Positions 1 through 10,682 of a stretch of DNA of 64,000 nt are shown here, piece after piece. The translations under genes were made by a program, and so were the position numbers. Source of the stretch: Heptranchias perlo (lineage: Eukaryota). Location of the stretch: assembly GCF_035084215.1 (NCBI RefSeq), contig NC_090366.1, positions 10,416,001-10,480,000 of the forward strand, written 5' to 3'. Every line of letters begins with the position of its first letter. Position 1 is the first letter of the stretch. The notes beneath the pieces were generated by a model. The model was given only the letters and a program-made list of their open reading frames with translations. It had not been told where the DNA came from and did not search any database.

Positions 1-3000
1 GTGTCCCATGGAAGAGGAAGGGACCCATTGTAATCGATCCACCTCAGTTGCAGTTTGTCATATGGGCAGCTGTGAGTGATTGAACAGGTCAGTCCAGCTG
101 CTTTTGCAGAAGTCAGTTCCCCATAACCTGAAATCTGTGGCTTGTCTGTAAGAACAAGAGCAAACAGGCGAATTAGGATAATTTCAATCTTAAAACCGGG
201 GAGTGGCCTGTAGCATCACTTTCATCTAAATCTGACAAAGAATTAAAACAATAATTCGCATTTTGTCTTTTATGTATCGCAAGTAGATTTGTTACTCTGA
301 ATTATTCCTCGCAGTTATAAAATAGTTTAGTGCCTCATCGGATAATATATGGCCTCACTTAAATAACCATCAGTCGTGTTATCTCGTATATTATTGATAT
401 AATGCATCTAATAGCTGTAGTCAAGTGAACCAGTCTTGCACGCAAAATTTAGAATCAACGTTCGATCTATAAATATAAGCAACGAGTGTGATAGAGAATA
501 ATGCAGATTAGAAAGTTCCCAGATTCTGTTGCAAAGGAACTTCAGTACAGAAAGATGATGCTCAAGAATGGACAGGCCAGATAAACGACTCGTAACATAG
601 TCCTGTGTCGGGGAACCGCAGCAGTTTACTCTCGTGTGAAACGCATTGAGCTTTCCGTAGGAAATTCATTTTGGCGACATGACATCAGAATCAACAAATA
701 AATGACACAATGTGAAAACATTTTTAACATAACTTTAAAATTTACTTATTCATTCGGATCTAATTAAATACCATGTGCTGAGAATATGTATAGGCACGAA
801 AAAGAAATTGCATTAATTTAGCGCCTTTGACGTCCTCGCGACGTCCAGAAACGCAACACAGAACAGTAATTTGAAGTGTAATGAGGAAGTCATTGACAAC
901 GTAACACGCAGGAGATTATTGGAGAAGATATTAAGAAGTTAGCAATAAACGGTACTGCAGAAACTGAAAGAGGAACTGTTCAGAAGGGAGGAAGCAATGA
1001 ATCGAAGTCCTGTGCAGTTTCTCAGAATGCTTCACATGAGTACGGAGACCCACAAGGTTATGTTCAGGGTCTGCTTCTACTCATTGTGTACATCGATGAC
1101 TTGGATATGGTGGGAGAGGGAGTGATGTCCAAATTTCCCAATAGTAATTATAGCAGATGTAGGGGGTTATCATATGAGGAAAGGTTGGATAAGTTGGGCC
1201 TGTATACACAGGAGTTCAGAGGAATGAGATGTGATCTTATTGAAACATATCAGATCCTGAGCGGACTGGAAGGGGTAGGTGCTGAGAGGACGTTTCCCCT
1301 TGTGGGAGAGATGAAAAATTGGGGCCACAGTTTAAAAAATGGTCACCCATTTAAGACGGAGATAAGGAGATTTTTTTTCTCTGAGAGGGTCATGAGTCTG
1401 TGGAACTCCCTTCCCCAAAGAGCGGTGGAGGCAGGATTATTGAATATTTTTAAGGTTGAGTTCGACAGATTCCTGATTAACAAGGTAGTCAAAGGTTATA
1501 GTGGTTGAGGTCGCAATCAGATCAGAGATGAGCTTATCAAATGACAGAGCAGGCTCGAGGGCCCGAATGGCCTACTCGTGCTCTTAATTCGTATGTTCGG
1601 ATGTGATTTTAACATTTGAAAATGGTGCAAAACTGGCAGCATCGGATCGTTTGCCGACTATACTTCCCGCCCATTTTACTTTCAATTATAATGAGAGGCT
1701 GATCCGATTCCGCCATTTTGACAGCCATGCCAAAGTTGAACGTCCCACACAGCAAATAACTCCCGGAACTAATGCGAGTTTCAGGGGGATAACGGAGAGA
1801 TTGGAGAATGCGGAAATAAGAGGCAGATAAATTTCACTCTCAGTAAACATGAGGTGACAGATTTTAGATTGAACACTGGAACGCCGGTTGATGTGGAAGG
1901 GCAGAGGAATTCGTGGGTTCAAGTGCACAAGACAGTAAACAGCAGCTCCAGTGGAAATGGGCAAGAACCAGCTGCAGGAGTGCTGGTTTTAACGGCAACA
2001 GATGCACAACGTAAAAATCGAGATGTGATGGAGTTCCGAAAGAGAAACATAGTTAGTTCACAGTTGGAATAAGAATGAGAGTTTTGGTTTCTGCTCTCGA
2101 AGAAGGCGACAGGGCGGATTCGCGTGGATTCTGGCTGGTAACAGGAAGTACAAATGCGAGGAACGCCTTCAAAAATTGGGGCAGAACTCAATGGGGCCAA
2201 ACAGATTTTGGAATGCTTTGACAGAAGTGTTTAAACCTATGAAGCAAATGGACAGAGGAGATAGAAACAGACTGAATCTGAACTTGCCGCCGGGGTCAAA
2301 ACTGACGGTCCAGATCAGGCGCCCATTCCAGCAACCGCCCGATTTACATTTCCTTTTATTTCAATGAACATGAAGATATGTTGGTTTCTGTATTAGGTGG
2401 ACGACCCGCACCGCCAGTTTTACGTTTCGGTCAACAAGTTGAAAAGTTATCATCATGTGAAAACTTAACAATAAGTTAGATAGGTGGCTAAAGGGAATGA
2501 CAATAAAGGGATATGGGAACAGGCCAGGCACAGGCGATTAGGAGCGTTGGTCATGTGGAGAATAAACAGCCACACGGACTGGTTGGGCTGTACGACCTGT
2601 TTTACTGCTGTCGTTTCCATATATTTCTATCTTTAGGATATGAACCATTGCATTGTTTAGCCGTATCTCCGCACCAGTGTTGCAACTACCCTTTGAGTTC
2701 GGCCGGGGACATCACAAAATCTGTCCATTTTACACGTTGGTTGAGTCACACTTAAGCACTGGAATAAAATGTGGAAAAGGAACAAAGGAAAAACTCACCT
2801 GAAACAGAAAGGAAGACTTCAGAACGTCCAGTGGCAGGTGTATAAATATACCAGCCCGAGTAGACTTGCACGCTGAAGTAATATGTACCCTCATCACGCT
2901 TCTTGATATTCTTTATCAAAAGGGAGCATTGTCCTTTTGCAAGGTTGCCCTTCAACTCCACTCTCCCACCATAGTTATAAGGCTGCCCATGTGGATTTTC

Positions 3001-3814
3001 CCAATCATAGATAAGGGTGTCCCCGATACCACGAGGATCACGGCCCATCTTGAACCACTTCCCCTTTGGAATGGGGGCAGAGACTGAATGATGAAACGTA
3101 CACGGGATCTGTGCACATGAACCCGAGACTGCCGACACACTATCTGGCATCACCACAGTGCATTCATCACAACAAACAACTGAAAGAAAAACATTAGCCC
3201 TCTTTTAAGTATCCATTCAAAACCCATTGTAATATCTAAAATATCTATTAAAGTATTTGTTAGTTGCCAAATAATCGTCCATCACCATAGCAATTCAAAT
3301 ATGTCAAATGTCCTTTAAATTCAAGCAAAATATACTGATCAAAACACTGATTTAAATGTCCATAATTATACCTGTTTGATAGCAGTTATATGAGACACTA
3401 ATATACAAATGTAATAGTGATATTAACACCGAATAGATATACGCAAAACAGAAAGTGAATGCATAATAAGATTGTTATAAATATATATTTAATATGAACG
3501 AAACTATACATTACACATCCATTGACCATTTGAGAGCTTATTAAGTATAAATTAAAATAATATTAAACGTGGATTAAAATAGACATTAATAATAATTTGA
3601 ATAACAATTAAAATGCAATAAAGCATCTATAAAGCATGCGCTAAACACCCATTGAAATAGTTTCACTGGATTTAAAATGAACAGCCACGTAACATTGGCA
3701 GAAAGAATTATCCTGTACTCTTCGCACAACGTATAATACTTTTTTTGCAGAAATTATTAAAAATTATTTACCGTCTGTCAATGTCATGAGAGAGAGAAAT
3801 ACGCAACTCCTCAT
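1..3814 (-). CDS. Siglec/MAG/CD22-like Ig receptor, copy A (5' part only; continues beyond the left edge)
   Basis: Exons: signal 3772-3814 (ccagccATG; MRSCVFLSLMTLTD), V-set 2799-3179 (GSCAQIPCTF...GQCSLLIKNI...DEGTYYFSVQ), first C2 exon <1-145 (DKPQISGYGELTSAKAAGLTCSITHSCPYDKLQLRW). GT-AG sites, phase-1 introns, open frames. Siglec-type cysteine pattern (B- and E-strand Cys plus extra inter-domain Cys in V and C2). Confidence 0.85.
1060..1600 (+). mobile_element. CR1 LINE 3' end in Siglec-A intron
   Basis: GLSYEERLDKLGLY...DLIETY...LWNSLPQRAVEA...FKVEFDRFL plus 3' tail; shared with copy B. Confidence 0.85.
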
Positions 3815-6082
3815 GGCTGGAACCTGTTCCAGGGTTTCACTGTCAACATGGAAAACCTATTTCACAACAAAGGCCAGTCAGATTTATGCATTATTCTTCC
3901 CAGTCATTTGTTAGAATTCTTTACTAATCCCATCTGACCTCCGCGGAGGTGAGGTGTTCCCACCAATTTATAGGAAGAGCGCTTTCTCACTCAAATTGTG
4001 AAACTCCACCAAATACTGGTGATGCAGGCTGCTAGCACGTCTTCGGCATGCACTGCCTGTGACCGACTATTACGGAATATGCTCTCATCGTATGTCTAAC
4101 ATTTGCGAAAGAGCCCTTAACACAGAAACAGAGTCACCCTCTCTCTCTGTCAAACACACAAACACACCAAATGTAGTTATTTATGAACATAATGTATTGG
4201 AACCAGCTACAAGAGAGCTCTGTCCCCAGCTTGCGGACGCATCTGACTCACATTTCACACATATTATCTTTTGGCAGCTCAGACGAGATGTATGTTGGAG
4301 ACGTGTAACTGCCGTTAGTTTTGTTGCTGCACTTTGTAGACGTGAGGTTTCCTCACCTTCGTTAAATAGTGGTGCAATAGGAGATGTTTGTTCGTAAGTC
4401 GCTTGGCCCTGTGTTTCACAACCATTCTTCCAAATAACTTAACTATTTATATTGAGACTCCAGTTCTGCAAAATTGCTGAAATTAATAAATACTGTGCTC
4501 AATTTGCTGCATTGCATTTTTCTCATTTTGCGTTTAGGTCTGGAACGTCTAAAATGAATTTGAGGATTTTATCGAAAATCCAAACGCCTTTGGAAACTAT
4601 GTAGGTATAATCCATTGAGTGAACAAGGATGCATGGGAAGGATGCTTACTCTCACAGCTTGTGCACCACAACAAGTCTTCATGACGACGACTGCTCGCAT
4701 ATTTACATCTGCAATGTGAAACCAAGCTTTGCTTAAGATGATGCTGTGATATAGCCAATAGTTTCTATAGAATCCTAAACAAAAAAACAGCATCACTCTC
4801 TCTGACAAACACACAGTTTGTTTCTCAAACATAATACTCTGGAGTCTGTGACCAGAGGTCGCTGCCCACGCTTGCAGACGCCTCTGACGCAATTTTCACA
4901 CACATTTAGCTCTTTTGCAAGAAATTAACGTTGGTGTCGTCTAACTGCAATTAGTTTTGTTGCTATATCCTGTAGACTTGTGGATTACCTGCTATCTCCA
5001 AGTACATTCAGTAAACAGTTTTACAGCGCGGCAACATCCATACTTCTAAGTGACTGAACGATCCACACACGCTTCCCAGCTGTATAAATTTGCTCAAATT
5101 CATGAGCAGTTTATCACATTTGCTGCAGTTTATTTTTATCATTTTTTTGCTAGGTCTGGGACATGTGAAATCGACCTCAGAGCGTGAAATTGATCTTCAG
5201 CCTTGACACAAAATAGGCGGTAGCGAATCGAACTCCGTGTTACCTCCCGCCATATTCCCATTTTCCAAAAGTTCAACCGGTAAATAATTGGGCGTGTTGC
5301 AAAACGGGCTGCTGATTCGCTATCGTGAGTTTTGCATCACCGGCAATGTCTAAGTTTTAGGGTTAAATGCTAATGACAAATGTATGGCTGATATTAATTG
5401 AATATACAAGTTCTGCCAAATTGATCAGTGTGACGAAATCCTGACTATCTGGTGCATCTCAAGCATTCCCGACCACCTTCAACTGGGAGCACCTGGAATT
5501 AGACTGATGGGGGAACAGAACCAACCTTTTTTTTGCATCAAATTACATAGAATGTACAGCACAGAAACAGGCCACACAAGCCTCCTCCCACCCTACTTCA
5601 TCTCATCCTTTCAGCATATTCTTCTATTCCTTTCTCCCTCATGTACCTGTCTAGCTTTCCCTTAAATACATCTATACTATTCCCCTCAACCACTCCATGT
5701 CATAGCAAGTACCCTCTGGGTAAAGAAGTTTCTCCTTAATTCCTTATTACAGTGACTTTTGCCAGTAAGCGCATGTGCATGGATGATGGTGTAGCATTAA
5801 ATCAGGCTTGTCTGTGATGCTTGTCGTGAACGAGTAGCAACAGGAGACAATTGACAGAAGGAAATAATTTTCCATTAATTCAACCCAACTTTTTTCTTAA
5901 GTTACAAACAAAATATTTCAATTACTTTCCCTGGACTTCCCACATCCACTGCTTCAGTTTACCTCCTCAAATAATTCCAGTAGGTTCATGAGTCATGACC
6001 TACTGCTTTTGAATCCATGAGACCATCCATTCTGCTTTTCAGATGAATATTGATGGCCTCTCTGATTCGTGTCTCGCTGCTT

Positions 6083-6398
6083 CGAACATACAAACTGACG
6101 AATTAAGAGCAGGAGTCGGCCATTCGGCTCCTCGAGCCTGCTCTGCCATTTGATCAGTACATGGCTAATCTGATTGTGACCTCTACCCTACTTTCCCGTC
6201 TACCTACTATAACCTTTGACTCCCTTGTTAATCAGGAATCTCCCTCACTCAGCCATAAACAATATTCAACGACCTGCTGCCACCCCTCTGTGGGGAACGG
6301 AGTTCCACAGACTCACGACCCTCTGAGAGAAAAAAACTTCTCCGCATCTCCGTCTTAAATGGGAGACCCCTTATTTTTAAACTGTGACCCCAAGTTCC
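6083..6398 (-). mobile_element. CR1 LINE 3' end
   Basis: Reverse complement of the CR1 3' UTR (GAATTAAGAGCAGGAGTCGGCCATTCGG...); paralog of 19447-19760. Confidence 0.75.
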
Positions 6399-6399
6399 A

Positions 6400-6840
6400 G
6401 GGCTCGATTTTAGGAGGGAGTCGGGTTGGCAGCGGGGGACAGCGCAACCGCATCATAGGCTGTCTGCTGGAGGTGCCCTATTTAAAGTGGCAGTCCTCCA
6501 CTGACTGATGCTGCAGGAAGGAGCCAAAATTACAGCATGGAGCAGCCCACGGGGAAGGCTGCTGCCAGGTTTAATGATGCCTCACTCCAGGTCTTACTGG
6601 ATGGGGTGAGGAGGAGGAGGACGACAGAGATCTTCTCCCCGGTGGACGGGAGGAAGTGGCCTGCCTCTGCCACCAAGAAGGCCTGGCTCGAGGTGGCAGA
6701 GGGGGTCACCAGCACCACCAACATATATCACGCACCTGTGTACAGTACAGGAGGCGCTTCAATGACCTAAGCCGGTCAGCCGAAGTGAGTACACTTACTC
6801 ATTCCGCTGCGCTCCGGATGTTCGATTGCTGCCCACGCAC
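6400..6840 (+). mobile_element. PIF/Harbinger-type DNA transposon fragment encoding a Myb/SANT-like domain (frameshifted)
   Basis: MEQPTGKAAARFNDASLQVLLDGVRRRR...KKAWLEVAEGVTS then, after a frameshift, SRTCVQYRRRFNDL; resembles the Myb_DNA-bind_5 protein of Harbingers. GC-rich, and absent from the paralogous flanks. Confidence 0.65.
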
Positions 6841-9800
6841 GTGAGTCGAAAACACTGATTGTTGCCCCACAAAACCAGAGTTAATTGGATGATTACACAA
6901 ACAAGAACTAGAGTAGTCACTGTCCCGATCAGGCAAACATAGCAACCCGTGCAAATAGCAATATCTAAGGGGCACAGTTCTTCTCTACCGTGTGTATAAA
7001 TAAAATACATTGCTCAACGTGCTCAGGCCGAATCGATTTCTGTTTATGGTGTGATCACATCGCAATTGAATATACGACTTTGCTACACAAGCGAACAGCG
7101 TTCATGGCCCATAAAATAGACCATTACAGTTATCAAGAAGAGGAACTTCCTCTTGCTTTTTTCACCCTGCTTTCAGAAGGGCATTATTGCTTTTGATGGC
7201 AACATTCATGTTGCGTCGATATTGGGGTTGCATGCACTGTCAGCCGCACTTACCCCACCGGTCTGCAGGTATATCAGTCAATTGGGATATAATCGCGACC
7301 ATTTCTGGTCGATATCCACTGCCGTCTACATTACACTGGTCGCCTCCAGTGAGCAGTGGGGCGCAGGCTCAATACAATTCTTCTTTTGACACCTGAACCT
7401 GCAATTAAACCTGAGTTGATGTTAGAATGTGCTTAGACTGCTTCCAGTTGTCTTATATAATCAAGCAGGTTAATTTTCTTATCAAAGAACGTTAAGGCAG
7501 AATTACACGGTCGTTTGGCCCATCGATTCTTTGCCTTTAAAAGGTAGCATGGACCCTGCTGAGCAGAGAGAAGAGTTTACCTGTGGTCGATCTTGGCTTA
7601 TGTCATGTGTACAACAGCAGCACCATCATCCCCCCAACAAACACACACCTCGGAGGTAACCTTCGCCATGAATGTTACCAAGTCTCACCTAGGCCTAGGT
7701 AACTCAGGTGTGTTATTGCGAGGGATGGTGTGAACTCCGTGAGAGGCAATTGTAAATTGTATAATGTACATTTGCCAGTAATTTTATTTGGAAGTTCTTA
7801 ATTTGATAACGTTGCAATGTTCTGGCAGGACAGCACAATTGTTTCATTAACTGCCATTCCTGAAACCCCATCAGGTTCTTTACCTGGAATTCAAGAGAAA
7901 CCCACTGAACAGAAAGGAAACATACCAGAGTGAATAACATGGCCGTCGGCGTGAATGGAACAGGCAAGATTAGGGTTCAGTTTGTCTAATTTCTCATAAA
8001 AGAGAAAGTGAATTGTATCCCAAGGCTTTAAGCCCGTGCTTAAATGAAAGGAATTCATCTAAATTACACAAGTTGCCAATAACATGACTCATTCGTTCAT
8101 CATAACAACGCCCGGCTTCCTCTCCAACTCTGACCAAAGATATCACTGGGACCACGTGGTTTAGCGTAGTGCTCGCTGAAACTATCACTATCCAATGCAT
8201 TCAAGATTTTAACTGAAATGTAAATATCACACTGGTTCAATAGGCTTTGGTCTTATGAGGCTGCGACGCAGATGCTGTGTGTGACAAAGCAAGAGATTTT
8301 AAAGAAATGTTTTTTTTCATCCATTTATTTCAAAATTTTCAGACAAAAATACAAATTCTTTATCTTACCAGGTTGATTTCCCTCATCATATTTAAAGCTA
8401 TTATCTTTTTCAATTGGGGTTTTTGAAAACTATACGTACATACTTTCTGTAGGGAGATTTCAGTATCTCTATCCTGTTCATTGGCACTGAGTCCAGCCTT
8501 TTACAAACTGCCTCGATGTTGCTGATCAGCTCACGCTATAAATTATGCCAGGCAGATATTCTTTCCTTCTTAAATTTGCAGGACTAAGGCTGCAACCTTC
8601 CAACAGTATTTACGCAAAGATGTTTACTTGAAACAATGTCTTAAATATTTTGGAAAACTTTATTTAACTGATGTTATGTTTTTTGCGTATTTCACGAACC
8701 AACATACTGAAACGGTTAATCCATTCTCAGTCACCTCGGCCTTTGATGATCTCTATATGGCACTGTTGGTCGCTGCATATTTGATCTGTTCAGGAGATAC
8801 AATTGCTTCTCTTGATTTCTTCCTGAAAAAAAATAATATATTTAATAAATCCCAATAATTAATGAGAACAGAGAAAATGATGTGTTCATAACGTTTTTGT
8901 GTCGATTCATTTTGCAATCTTAATGAGCACATTTCAAGAGAGGAATTCACCTCCAAATTGCTTTTGATTGAAGGTATTCGGATGTCTATGAAGGACTTGT
9001 GCCCACTTTATCAACAACAGTTCCCTACTAAGCCTGGGACAATTGCTTTGCATTTCGCTCCCTTCCCGCCTACATTTCAAAAGTTCGCTTTATTTTTGTC
9101 TCAAAAAGCGGAATCTTGGGATTGTGCTTCTCGCGATGCGAGTTCGGACACATTCGAAAACAAATGTTTTTTTTCAATTTTGACTTGTGGTAACATTTTA
9201 CGCTGAATCCCCGTGTATTCTCGAGGGTACGTTTACCTGTACGTGGACCTATAATTCATTAACTAGCATAAGAGCCAAATTTATCAATATGTCAACAACT
9301 TGTAATTATATAGCGCCGTTAACATAGTAAAACGTCGCAAGGCCCCCTCCCGTCATCCAAAATTAAACATGCGTCAATATGAAAGCCGAGTTTCCGTGCG
9401 GCAGCATTTAGCTCCGAGCTCACCTTCTCCTTTACACCTCCCAGCTGAGACGCAACGTTCCCTGCTCTGAGGGGATGATTAATGTTCATCAAGATTCTTA
9501 TTTTGCAGGATGCCCCGATGTCTTGCTTCATTTTGAATTTGATTCAACCAAACTACAGGTTTATGTAATTATAAAACAACACTTACATCTGTATCTCCTC
9601 AGCAATGAAGGCTGCGGTCAGAATGATATAAATGAGAGCTGTTGATCCTGTCAGGGCGACATGTATCCAGGACAATTTACCTAAAAAAGCAGAAAAGACA
9701 TTGCTCCATATTAGGACATTTATATTTAAATACTGCGCATGACAGACAGAAATGATGACTATGTATTAAATAAAAGCAGTTCTGTAAAAAGATAACAGCT

Positions 9801-10199
9801 GGCTGAAAGATATTTGTCCAGGAGAATATTCCTAAAATGCTGGGAAATGCATTGATACACCTTAGTGTGTTGGGGTTGAAATGCCAATCTTTGACACACA
9901 TTTATGAATCAGAAGGGAAAGTTTCCTCCAAGTTCAGATGATAAAGCTAATGTAAAATTATGGATTACATTCGTCCCATCGTGCTGATCCTTGCGTAGAA
10001 ACAATTTATTACTGCGTTGCGTCCTGGTACAAATTTGCAATCAATAATTTCAGGTTGACTCCTTATTTGTAGTGTACAAATCACATCTGAATAATTGAGT
10101 GCACATGACAATCTCCTGAGTATGTTCCAATCTTGAAAAAAACCAATGGGCATAATGGAATCAGAATACAAGCCGGACAATATCACCAGATGCAGCTAA

Positions 10200-10682
10200 A
10201 TGATCTATATATTTTTTTAATTCGTTCATGGGATGTGGGCGTCGCTGGCGAGGCCGGTATTTATTGCGCATCACTAATTGCCCTTGAGAAGGTGGTGGTG
10301 AGCCGCCTTCTTGAACCGCTGCAGTCCGTGTGGTGAAGGTTCTCCCACAGTGCTGCTAGGAAGGGAGTTCCAGGATTTTGACCCAGTGACGATGAAGGAA
10401 CGGCGATATATTTCCAAGTCGGGATGGTGTGTGACTTGGAGGGGAACGTGCAGGTGGTGTTGTTCCCATGTGCCTGCTGCCCTTGTCCTTCCAGGTGGTG
10501 GAGGTCACGGGTTTGGGAGGTGCTGTCGAAGAAGCCTTTGCGAGCAGCTGCAGTGCATCCTGTAGATGGTACACACTGCAGCCACTGTGCGCCGGTGGTG
10601 AAGGGAGTGAATGTTTAGGGTGGTGGATGGGGTGCCAATCAAGCCGGCTGCTTCGTCCTGGATGGTGTCGAGCTTCTTGAGT
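10200..10682 (-). mobile_element. Non-LTR (CR1-superfamily) element 3' end, second family
   Basis: Near-identical to 24185-24705 and 51820-52470 (GGATGTGGGCGTCGCTGGCGAGGCC...CCCTTGAGAAGGTGGTGGTGAGCCG). Confidence 0.8.

Noticed and set aside
1603-2755. ORFs recurring at 1.6-2.7 kb, 15.1-16.1 kb and 48.9-50.0 kb
   Set aside because: Recurrence reflects the segmental duplication of an intron; frames and stops differ between copies.
7925-8430. Further small candidate cytoplasmic exons of Siglec B (about 8369-8429 and 8155-8212)
   Set aside because: Phases can be made to fit, but acceptors or donors are weak, there is no homology to C, and they lie after an in-frame stop.
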